Assembly: GCF_000181795.1 (NCBI RefSeq) | Contig: NW_003526940.1 | Coordinates: 2,867,011 to 2,931,010, forward strand | Direction of reading: 5' to 3' | Source: Trichinella spiralis | Taxonomy: Eukaryota | DNA: 64,000 nucleotides | Part shown: one piece after another, positions 38,590 to 50,686 of the stretch | Layout: the number at the start of each line of letters is the position of its first letter | How positions within the stretch are numbered: position 1 is the first letter of the stretch | Position numbers and translations under genes: made by a program | The notes under the pieces: model-generated | What the model saw: only the letters and a program-made list of their open reading frames with translations | Database searches by the model: none | What the model was told of the DNA's origin: nothing

Positions 38590-40566
38590 AGCTATTGTCA
38601 TAGACTGCGACTTGTACCTTTGTCTCACTAGAAGCGGAAGAATAATCCAAAAGCTCATTGTGCTGCCTGATGTAGATATATCTGAACCTGAAACGGACAG
38701 TGTTGATGATCAGAGATCGTCCTTTGTGGTTGAAAGTTCAGAGAAGTTAACATCTGATGAAGAAACTGAGACTTTCAAGAAGACAGAATTTAGGTGGAAG
38801 AAAAAAAGAATGCTTCCTATAGATGCCACATTTAAGGGTATGTGGTGCTTGGTCACTTACTTCTAGATAATAAATCTTTGCATTTGCAGAAACAGCATCT
38901 GATTCTTCATGCGTTTTGCAAGAACCAGTTGAATATTTTAGACAGTACTTCCATCCAACACTTTTAAACATATTGTTGAGCAATCTCACGTCTATGCGGC
39001 CCAGTGTAGCTGGAATTTTCAGATAACTGAGTCTGAATTGGAAATATTTCTCAGAACGCTATTGAAAATGGGACTTGTTCCAATGCTGCGGTATTCGATG
39101 TACTGGTCTACGGAGCTGCGGTGTGATGCTATCGCGGATGCGATGAGTCGAAACAGGTTTCAGGAGGTACTACGGTACCTTCATTTTAATGCCAACAGTG
39201 AAACGGTACTTGACCGAGAAAGCCCACGGTATGATCGACTGTTTAAAATACGACCTTTGGTTGAGAGCATCCGTCAATCATGCCTGCCTGCGTTTGGAAC
39301 AGGAAGAATACCAGTCGATTGACGAAGAAATCATTCCATATAAAGGAAGAAATAAGCTGAAACAGTACATCCCAAAGAAGCCAAAGAAATGGGGCATCAA
39401 AGTTAACACGCGGACAGGAGTGTCAGGATTGTTGTACGACTTCTGCTTTTATGAAGGTAAAGTGCCAAGAGTAAAGAACCCCAATGGCTGCCTCAGTTTT
39501 GATGTTGTAATGAAGCTCTGTGAAACGGTTCCAAAACATCAAAATTTTAAAATATTTTTCGATAATTATTTCACCCACCTCGACCTGCAACTAAAACTAT
39601 TAAAAAAGGCATCACACCATTGGAACGATTCGGAGAAACAGACTGAAAAACGCGCCACTGAAAACGGAGAAAGAGTTGAAAAAGGCTGGTCGGGGTGCCT
39701 TCCACGTCTCTGCACCACTGCAGAAAACAACTTGCGCATCGTTCGATGGCACGACAGTGCAGTGGTGGATTTATCTTCCACTTACGGCCTGTGTGTAAAG
39801 TAAAACAGTGGAATAAGAAAGAGAAAACCTTGGTCGACGTGTCCTGCCCGGCAATTGTAAAAGAGTACAACAAGTACATGGACAGCGTAGATTTGGCGGG
39901 CATGTTGCGAGCACTGTACCGAATAGACTGCCGCAGTAGAAAATGGTACAGAAGAATATTTTTTGGACAATCCACGTGGCAGTAGTAAACGGGTGGCTGC
40001 AATACAAAAGAGACCTTAAAACAAGTGAAGCCGCCAGTGGCAGCCAGAAAGATTTAATGCAGTTCATGCTGGATGTTGCAGAAACCTTGACAAAAGTGAA
40101 TAAAGCATATCCCAGAAAATCCCATGGTCGCATGTCTCAAAGAGCCAATGTAAAAACCAGCAGAAGGCGGGCAAGAAGACCAGAGCCAAGAACAGCTGCC
40201 AGATTAGACCAGGTTGCACACTGGCCAGAAATTATAAAGCAAAAGAACCGATGCCGCAGCTGCCGAAAAGCATCAAGAGTGCAATGTGTCAAATGCAACA
40301 TTCATCTTTGTTTGACACAACAAAGAAACTGTTTTCAGATTTACCATAATAATTAGTCCAGCATAATATTTTTAGAAATAAAAGTACTGTTTGCTGACTT
40401 TAAAACATTGCACATTTTATACCCTTTAAAGGCCATTGTTGCCATATGGCGGCATAACTGAAACTGCCGATAATTTCATAAAAACAAATTATTATTTGTA
40501 AATAACGCTTAAATCAGCTATTTGAGTTAATTACAAAGTCAAAAAAATTGACCCTGAAAGGGTTAA
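38590..40566 (+). mobile_element. piggyBac (PGBD3-like) transposon, frameshifted, right end intact
   Basis: MSRNRFQEVLRYLHFN, SIDEEIIPYKGR, KPKKWGIK, IFFDNYFT, YNKYMDSVDLA and a C-terminal Cys-rich finger; ends ...CTGAAAGGG|TTAA at 40562/40563; no left TTAA|CCCT end found. Confidence 0.92.
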
Positions 40567-42975
40567 TTGCCTTTCATTTGCCTGTAGGAATCTGATTGCA
40601 AATAAATGCAATGTTACAAGTTACACTGGGCAAATATTTCCTTTTACTATTTTCGAAGTTGTAGATAAAGTCGATAGGAATAAGAAGTTTTGATAAATGT
40701 TAATATTTTAACAATTTTCTAGCCAGAAATTTTAAACAAATGTTAAATATGACAAAACGCTTAGTTTTTAGTTTATATATACGCATATACATTTGCGTAT
40801 TTAGATGTTTTATTGATTAATTATATTTTTTGTGGTCTTGGTAATTCATTATTATTATTATTAAAAGTCAAGTAAGTTTTTTGATTTAGAGATCCATTCG
40901 TTGCTATATCTCCACTTCTATAGATTTGAAAGAAGCTACCCGAGTGACTGAAACCAGTGATCACTTGCTTGAGTGTTCAGAAGATCTTAATCTTCTGCAT
41001 TTGCTTCAGCAACGGGATGCGCTGAAGCGAGGAAAGAAACAAAGCAAGTGCTGCAAATTTAGAATCAGCAAGCGAGCAATGCTTCCACCAGCTTAGAAGC
41101 AGTCGATGATTTCCATGACTATAAGCAACACGGCAAGAACTGCAGCTCACTGCCTAGCAAACGATGATGAAATCCGGCAAGCAATTTTCAATGTATTATT
41201 GGCCGATGGATGAATGATATTGCAGTCGGCCCTCAACATCCTCGGGTTTAGCATTTTGGATATGTGACGATGTGGATGTTAGATAATATTGCAACAAGTA
41301 GAGTAAATAAAAACTCTAATTCTTTATCCAGCGTGTCGATGACTACTAATGACAAGATAAAAAGATAAAAAACTGATGGAGGTTGCATTTTTCACTTTTA
41401 TCAAGCTGTGCTTTGGCAGGTCAGTGAGCTTGGCTACTACATGTATAATTAAGAATATAAAAAAAGTGCTAATGGCTTTTTGTCAGGGCACCTTGTATCT
41501 TTGGTTTGGTTTCAGAATTTTAAATGTTGGGACTTCGGGTGAAGTTAGAGGCTGGGTCGACTATTTCTGAAGTGAATGGTCTTTGGCTAGCCCAATTCGG
41601 CTTTGAAACGTGCATAGTGCGACTGTGCGAACTATCAACCATCCGAAAGGTTAGCACAGCTACATCAATGAAAAAGCGGCTAAAATCCGCCTGGGATGTT
41701 TTCTCTTTCTCAGCCTACTCCTTGATGAGCAGGGCACAACGGAGACGGTGGTAAGAAATTGACTCAGGCAAGGCTAAGGGTGAAAAGCATGTAATACGTA
41801 GCGCAGCTTACACAGTCCTAGAATAACGGGTAGCCGGACTTACCAGTGAACTTGAAGCGATTAGTAGAAACGTAGATCTTTTAATTACTTTTTCATATTT
41901 AACACCCGACCCTATAGATTTATAATCACATTTTCCATATTCAAGTGTCAGTATTGCTTTGCATATATCTTTGTACATTGTGCATGTTGTGTTATAGTTC
42001 AGATTTGTTTCTTGTTGTGAAATAAAACTTTACGTGTTACATCTGTTCGTATGTGAATGGCATACTTGCACCTCAGATAAACGTAAGTTTGAAAGAATAA
42101 ATACAAACACACGTTCAATGCCTACTTAATATGAACAGTATAAAAAGTAGGACATTTAAAGGTTAAGCATTCTACATGAATAATTAACTTAATTCTTCAA
42201 ATAGCAGTTCAAAATGAAACATACATGGAAAAATAATTTAAAATTAAAAAACTGATAACTTAATAACGAAAAGAAAAGTAAATTTAAAAAATTAAAATTC
42301 GTCCACTAATCGTTGGCCTATGCAGAATAGTTAATGAACACTTCGTTTACTTATTTATTTATTTTCATCTTTGTTTATTGACACATTATGTCAACATTTA
42401 GTAAACAGCTATTAATTAATCATAGAGCAACGTCAAATTGCCGATGAACTGCCTGAAAACATATTCCTATCTGAAACGTGGAGGAACCAACTAAGAGAAA
42501 AATTCAACGGCCAATGAAAAACGGGCAGGGACCAACGACATGTAAACTATATAGACAGCCAAACACGCTTGACAGTAATCTTTAACGTTTTCTTTAAAAA
42601 ATATTTTACTTTAGTTTTTTAAAAATGAAAACGATTTTATTGTTAGTATTACTTGCTAATTACATTAATCTCAGAGTTGAACTTTAGACAAAAATTTGGA
42701 ATGAATAATAAAACAAACAGTATATAAAAAAATTAAATGAAATGTTCACTGTAAATTTGCTCATCGATTAATCTAAGTATGCTCTTTATTTAGCATCATT
42801 GTTGACAAGAGAATCTCTCAGATTTTGCAGAAGAAAATATTTCAACACATTTTCACTGACAAAAACAAAATATTTATTTTCAACTGGCACACAGTGTAAC
42901 TTATATAAATGATATATATGATAAATATATTTTCTAAGAAAATCGTTCTAATTTTCAGTAATTTTCAACATATTG

Positions 42976-45900
42976 TTAAAAATGAAGAATACCATAAATA
43001 ATGAACAATATGACAATTACTGGTAATGCGACATACCAAGAGTAAAGGAATAATGCACCTGCAGGAACACACATCAGTGGAACAATTTTGTAAACCACAG
43101 AATATCCATTTTGGCTACCCAAATGAAAATTATTTGAAGATTTCCTTGGCAACTTTCTGAGAACTTTTAACGTATCTTTGTCAACTTCTTTCCATCTCAA
43201 TTCAGTACTTCCATCAAAGTTTACACTTCCAATGTGCTTCTCTTTTTTATCAAATACAACTACAACATGTGTTACAAGCCATGCTTGGTCAGTATCCATT
43301 GGCTCAGTGGGCAATTTAATCGGTACCTGAAATTTTCTTTTTTGCATTTTATATTTCAGAATATTTCAAAGTAATTTTTTACCTTGTGCACATCTGCATA
43401 GATTTCAGCAAGTTTTTCCTTTATTTTACCTTCGCTTAAACCAATGCTTTGGAAGTATTTGTTTAATTCATCCTCAATTTGGTTACCCAAAGGTTTATTT
43501 TTAAAGTCATTTACAAAATACTAAATCAAAAATAGTGTAAGAAAAATATAATGTTTGATATTTATTTATATGCACGTATGAAAAATATATAAATACGTTT
43601 ATGCATATTATGCTAGGTCGTTTTATCAGCAATAAAATTAATACAAGAAAGTATGTTTTTAGAATAGGTTTCGTAATGAAATTGCAATTTATATACAAAC
43701 AGAACTCTACCAAACTATTACAATTATATTAATTAGAAAGTAATTTAGAGCATCTAACAGTTTAAAATGATAAAATCTAATGTTAATTATTGCAATGAAA
43801 TTTATATGAAAAAAGTAATGCACCTGTGGCAGTTGCCAAGAGCCAGATGATTTCATTACGGTAAGTATTTCCGTTTTTCCTTTATGTTTTCTATAATGTA
43901 TAAATTTTATATTAGGTAAACTATTTCAAAGATTAATTTAGCGCAATAATTCAGCATCCTAATGTAAAGACAATTATTATTTTATCTTGTGGCTGCACAC
44001 ACTTATAAAAATGTTAACATAACAACATAAACTTTTACTTCATATGAATTAAATGCAAATAAATACTTTTTAAATTGAAAATTTGTATCAACTACCTTAC
44101 AACAAGAGGCATAACCTTTTCATTTTGACCAAAACGCCGTAAACTTCCAATGCCTTTCATACCAGTACGTCCTCGTGGATTTTCGAAACTATCAAACACT
44201 GTTCTAAATAATTTTTGTTAGATGTAAATTAACCATCAAATCATTTTGAATAGTTACCTTGAATCATAATCTACTGGTTTATACAAAAATAAATCTTTTT
44301 TCCAACTCATAATAGAGCTCGGTACATATAAGCTGTATTTCTAAAAATACAAATTTCAGCTTTTATTCTATACTATACATAAAGTGAATTGAATTACATC
44401 TCCATGTGGATATTTGGAAATTTCGCATAAAGAGTATTTTTTGGAAACAGTTGCCTAAATATTTGAATATTATTTGACAAGGTAAAAAGTTTAATCGAAA
44501 CTTGGTACTAAAATTGTAAAACAGCTGTTATATATAATATATATAAAATGTTACTTGTGCAAATTCTTGTTGTTTTACAAATACTATTTTAAAACATACT
44601 TTTAACTGTTTATCACACACAGCCGCCAGAATGCTCGATAGAGTGTGTTTGGTGCCTTTTACCAATAATAGACAAGGCAGAGATTTTGATTTCTTCATTT
44701 TACAATTACTGTCATCAGAAGCCATGCCTGACATCTAAATTGACATTTTTTATTCATTTGCAATCTAAATTGCATCAAATATAAAAAAATTTAATTTATA
44801 CAAATAACGTTGCAAATCATCTGGTGCAAAACGTATCTTTAATAAATGTCATGTTATCTTCAGAAATGCGCATTATGCATTCTTTAAAATAAAAGCACAC
44901 TTTTTACTTAAAACTGTAAAATATTATTTATACGTAATGCAACTTACTTCTTAATATTATTTATTTATTTCTTTTTAAATATATTGAAATAATGAAACAA
45001 TACAATTTTTTCTACAAATCTTAGAATACATATAAAATTTTAGAAATAAATCTGATTTTAAATATACACTTTTTGATTACCTGTGAAATGGAACATGTCG
45101 TTTCTTTTATTTTAATACTAAATGCCAAAGTAGATGCATCACAAAGTTCGGCTGCAAGCACCTTCTTAACAGTATAATATGGTTCATTGGGTTGTTGAAC
45201 TTGTATTAATTCATTCAAAGGACGTTTCAATAGCTTGATAAGAATATCTTCTTCAGCGTTAGATAATTTTTTGCCTTTCTGAGCTACCATTGAACTGAAA
45301 TTCAAATTTCCAGCACTTTCCATCAATTTAACAAGTTCTACACTTTCTTTATCGCATGTTTCATCTGACTCTGCATCAGCAGATTCCAAAAGTTTATCTT
45401 TTGTCACCGTGCTTGTTATACTTGTAAGATGGACGGCGTCTTCAAGTGCAAGTTGCAGTGATTTCTTTAAATTAAAAATGATATTACATGAAAATCAATA
45501 AATAAACATAAAACTGAAGAGTGATTTATTTTATAATCAAAAAATGATGACTCAAGTAATTTGTGCATTTCTTAATTATCTTTATTTATGCTAATATGCA
45601 TAGTTGCTGTTCATTTGCTTTACACATATTTCTTTTTTATACACTTTGATTTATTTTTATGTAAAATTTATGCACTTTATAAACTGATTGAATCGTTAAT
45701 TTTTGAAAAATAAATAGACCATGATATTATATTTTATTAAATTATTGCTCAAAAAATTATTGAAGTCTTTTAAATATTGTATATATTGGCATATATTTGT
45801 ATTTACATTTTAAGAATAAAATAACATGAAATTTATTCAATTTGAAGTACAATTTAATTTTACATAATTTTTACATGAAAAACCGTTTACCTTTTTTATT

Positions 45901-46160
45901 TCAATGGTGGCAGAGAAATTTGTCATCTAAATTGAAAAAGTTGATGTAGTACGTTTATTCCATGTTCAAGTAAAAAGAGAAAAAAGTTTTCTGTAAAGTA
46001 TAACTCAAGTAAATAAGCAATCACTTTACAAAATTACCAGTCTGAAAGTTATGAAAATACAGCTAACTATACGATAAAATATGTGTTGTAGAGAAAAAAT
46101 TTTAATAGCAAGTCATCGTACCAGCATCATGGAGATTACAAATATGAACGAGCACTTCAT
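42976..46160 (-). CDS. Predicted secreted or membrane-anchored protein: signal peptide + cystatin-like segment + NUDT9 (ADP-ribose pyrophosphatase)-like domain + C-terminal hydrophobic segment; about 10 exons
   Basis: Exon 1 MKCSFIFVISMML; NUDT9-like KYPHGD-KYSLYVPSSIMSWKKDLFLYKPVDY, NPRGRTGMKGIGSLRRFGQN, ILTVMKSSGSWQLPQ, PMDTDQAWLVTHVV and LRWKEV; one exon junction near 44600/44455 is out of phase by 1 nt. Confidence 0.75.
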
Positions 46161-48053
46161 TTTTGGACAAGTGAATATTTTGAGGGTTTCAGTTTAACAG
46201 ATTATGAATAAAAGAATGTCCATTTCTTATATATATTATATATGAAAATCGATTGCTGAACAAACAGTAAAGGTAAAAAGCCTATTTAATTAACATGCTA
46301 AATGTAAAATATTACGTTTATGCGTTTTCATTACGTTGCACGCTTATTTTATAGTGACAAATAAATTAGCTTGCTTTTCGATATAAATTTAAAAAATTTT
46401 TAGTACTAATTATTTGTATTCATTAATTTAATTGCACAATATTGTTTTTGCTATTTAAAAGCAGCATTTAAAATAAAACAAGGTTGATAAATATTGATCG
46501 GAATTTCCTGCATTTTATTTTGTGTTTCATTTTCTCATACTCATCTTCTTTTCTCATTTCCTGCACTGCATAAACACCTGAAATAACTGGAATTTGTAAT
46601 AGCTTCATGTTTGCATGTATTTATGTTTGTCTTGCTTCATATTTCATAAAACAAGAAAAGGAACTCGCTGAGCATTTAAAGCATTAAATTTTTTTTCCTT
46701 ATTATGATCATCAATACGTTTTTGAAATGCTTTTAGGTATTAAGTGAGCGTGCATACGCAAAAAAACCTAGAAAACTCTACTTCAGCATAAGTTTCACAG
46801 AGTATTAGTAAACAACAACAGAAATAACAATAATAGGAGTTACTATTAACGGAGCAACGGATAAAATATTTATAAAAAGCAGCAGTTGTAAAGGTTGCAT
46901 AAAAATGCATATTTCACATTTAAAAAATTTTGGAATTAATTATGTCTCATCCTATTTCTCAGCATCAACATATTTTTTTTAAATATTAATGTTAATATAA
47001 ACAGCTAATGCTGAAAACTGCCAATTAAAGAACTTTCTGATTTTGCACAAATTTCTTCCTCCAGTAACCAATAAATGAATAAACAAATCAAAAAGAGAAT
47101 GGGAGCAAAAATTAGTTGGGAATCAAATAATGCATGATTGTGATTTTAATTTCAAACTAATAAAATAATTTTGATTGTTGAGAATGTGGGTATTATTTGT
47201 TTCTTGCCTTTTGTAAATTTACTATGTTGAATATCATTTTATTTTGTCAAATTATTGCTTTCAAAATTGCACGTTTTATTTATTAATCGCTTTTTCCCAA
47301 ATGCGTTCTAGCAATTATTTATTCTGCATTTATTATTTTTCACATAAAATTTTAATTTTTATAAAACTAGAAAACAATTTCCTCTATTCTACACAGACTA
47401 TTAAATATTAAGATTTTGCTTAAATTGCTATTCAAGTGCAAATGCATCAAAAAATGTGTATGCATTCCTTTAATGTTCACGTAGAGTATATACGACAAAA
47501 ACTATCAAAGGAAATATATGAAATAGCAAAATTATATTTTTACAGAAAATATTAATGGAATGTGGCAGTGTAACTAATTTTGTTTTAGCATTGCAACAGA
47601 AATCGAACTTTCAAATAGCTATGCAACACATTGCCGACTGACGTATAAACAAAATAATAATTTTAAAAACAGTAAGCGATCACATATGGTTCAAATATTC
47701 CATTTAGGATTACGCAACTTTAATAGTAGTGACGTAACATTAATAATGGAAATATTTATTATTCCAAAATTATATTCTGTCTATTTGAAGTTTCGTCATT
47801 CATTGAAATTTTGTTCATTTAAATATATTATTTGTGGTGAAGTTTATACTTTTTCATGATCAGCATTTCTGAAAATAATTTTTATTACTATTCTATATTT
47901 TATTGTACCAAAGTGACGTTATATCAAATGCGATAGTAATAATTCAGAAAAAACAATACAAAAAATAAGTTAAATAGTGATTTTTATTTTTCACTAGCCA
48001 ACAGCACTAACAACAACAATAGTAAACAACATATCAGTGAACGACATGAACAA

Positions 48054-48700
48054 AGTGGTATCAGGGCGATTTCAAAATTACAAATTATTGTTTGTGGATA
48101 AAGATTGACGCTAAGGACAGCGGCTTTGTTTATTGAAGCTTGAAAAATAAACTCTTATTTGCCAATATCTTTAACCGTACATAGCAGCAGACTACTGGCA
48201 CCAGTTTACTCACCACAATGGCATAGATGCTAAAAAGCTATTGATATCATTGAGGTACAACCTTGAATGTACCATCCGTACCCCAAGTTTTTGTGGTTGC
48301 CAGCAGTCTAATGTTAGAACTCGTCGCAAATACCAGTATATGTTTCGATACACTCTGCCACAATAAAAAAGTCTTCCCCAGACTTTGGTGTCTTAAACTG
48401 ATATGGTATTACCAGATCATGACGCACTGATTTCTGTACATTGTGGCTCGCACCCGCCTGAAAACTGAGAATTGGCCGGATGTAGAAGGATCAGCGGATG
48501 CGGCAGAAACTTCTTTGTCATATATGGCGGGGATGAGTTTCGTTTCTTCGGCACTTCGTTTTTTCAAATATGCCTTCTTCTCCATTTTATAGGCCAGGTG
48601 CTCATCTACCCGGCAGGCTTCATCGTGATCTTTTCGATCGATCCCACCCTAGGAACTTCTAAATCTGTTCACACTGCACCCTTGCAGCCTTCTTTATGCT
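48054..48700 (-). mobile_element. Mutator-like (FLYWCH-MULE) transposase remnant
   Basis: Reverse complement encodes DEHLAYKMEKK, HILVFATSSNIRLLATTKTWGTDGTFKVVPQ and PQTIICNFEIAL; nucleotide homology to 3610-3905; contains stops. Confidence 0.88.
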
Positions 48701-48739
48701 ATACAAAATAAAGTAATTGTTAATAACTACGAACACATG

Positions 48740-49770
48740 CTGTACATTCAGCGCATACTTTTGAACACCTCCAATATTTCTGTTTGCCGGCACGTTTCAA
48801 TTTATATATCCTGCCTACCATACCACCGAATTGAACCAAATCCCGCAACGATGTGGTACAAGATGTAACTCAGGGACATCAGCCATAACAAGGAACAGAA
48901 TAAAAAATGATTCAAATAACTCTGAAACGCAAAGCACTGAACGCAAACGCAAGATCAACCAAAAATGAATTTCAGAATTTTGAATTCCATTTTAAAGCAC
49001 TTTTGCAAAAGAAAGTTAACGCTAAACGCAGCAGTAAAGGAAGCTGAAATTAGCAATCTTGAATTTTCTTAGATTTTCCACCATTCCGGTTTATTTGATT
49101 AGCTCAGTCAGTTATGTCTAACTTTATGCCCAATAGGACTTTGCTTCCTAATTCGACTTTGTCCAGTTGTTTCGTGAACGCTAACATGAATTTGCCATTG
49201 AACAAATTTTCAGTACCATTGACCATCTTTTGCATTCTTTTCCTCGTATTCATATTGCCAGCCTCAACGGCACCTTGGCTCTGAGGGTATCGGAGTTTAC
49301 TCATGACAAGCTTCAGCTCTGCCAACATGCTTTGAGTTCTCAAATTCACTGAAAAATTCCGACTATTCTTGGATTACAGAATGCCAGAACAGCTCAACGT
49401 GAAAGCAGTTTTAATGCCACTTATTCTGTCCGTCTTGACTTTAGCGGACTCAAAATGCAGAACTTCATAAAGTGATTCAAATAAGTTACGATGTATATTT
49501 ATAATTACCATTAGGCATGGTCTGAAAAATTATCAAAGACATTGTCACCTGGACTTGTAACATCACTATTTGGTATTATCACGTTTGTACTAATCAGTGG
49601 TTTAACAACTAGGCTTTATGAAAGCTTTCTCGCTTTTTTCTTATGGCATTCTTCTCAAAACGTGAGAAAAATATGGCATGTTTCCTGTGTGACGTTGGCC
49701 CATTTATTCTGCGCTTCTCGAAATGTTTTTTCTCCACCATGACCAATTTTTTGATGGACAGCATTAGGTC
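48740..49770 (-). mobile_element. Degenerate KRBA2/SCAND3-like integrase (DDE transposase) remnant
   Basis: HGGEKTFREAQNKWANVTQETCHIFLTF*EECHKKKARK (integrase HHCC zinc-binding region) and LKLVMSKLRYPQSQGAVEAGN (QSQGxVE integrase motif). Confidence 0.78.
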
Positions 49771-49771
49771 T

Positions 49772-49990
49772 AATACCGATTTCTCCCAACGAACTCCGCC
49801 TACTTTTTCTCATCTAAATTTCATTGGTTGTTGCTCTGATGAACGCAGCTAAATTTCAATCGATGTCAGTCCGATTGGATTAAGTTGTTTAAAGAAGGGA
49901 CTGTTGAACTCCAAGAACCATGTTTCAGAGCATCAACCAAAGAAAGTTACTGCAAAAAAGTAGGCGGAGTTCGTAGGGAAAATGCGATTT
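49772..49990. mobile_element. MITE-like element with ~65-bp imperfect inverted arms
   Basis: 49772-49839 is the diverged reverse complement of 49925-49990 (shared core aaaaagtaggcggagttcgt); a third arm copy lies at ~4399-4460. Confidence 0.7.
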
Positions 49991-50686
49991 GCGATTGGCT
50001 ATTGCCAATTTTTAAAACTCCATACTCATTTTTTGAATTATAATCACGGAGAGATTTTGGATTATCTAATTGGATTCGCAAAATGTCAGTCATTGTTTGA
50101 TCTCGTTGCGAAGTCAGAAAAGTCGTTGCATTCTATCCTTTTTCCTTGATCAAAGCACGGAGCTTTTGTTCATAAACGCCTTTTTATCCATCAGAACTTT
50201 TACAAATTAGGAAATGGTTGGTTGCCTTTTCCTTACATATAACTTTTGTAATGAAGCCATTTTCCGGCGCAAATTATTGGAAACTCTTTGAATCGAATCA
50301 CTTTTTATTTGTAGAATGAAATTAAATAAATATAATTGAAATTCTTAAGCGATACATCATTAATAAAGGCATTTCAACATACAGCGTGGATCATGAGTTA
50401 TCGCTTCAATATTACGCAGAAAATTGCCCATTATTCATATTGCAATTAATTATCAAGAATAGGCAATGGCTGCTGCCTATTATCAATAATAGGTAATTTT
50501 CAACATTAAGCGTAACATATATAAACATTGTTATTTTTGCATAGTAATTTCAATCGTATAACCGAAAGTGATCCATTGCAATGCTTGCAGTAATATGCCA
50601 AAAGCAACTTCAAATTTTGCAGCAATTGTATAAACATAAATGCTCATTTGTTATCATCAGTTTAACATTTTATTATAATTGATGCG

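Noticed and set aside
40900..41870. Moderately GC-rich stretch that looks like decayed coding or transposon sequence
   Set aside because: No recognisable motif in the frames examined, so it cannot be assigned
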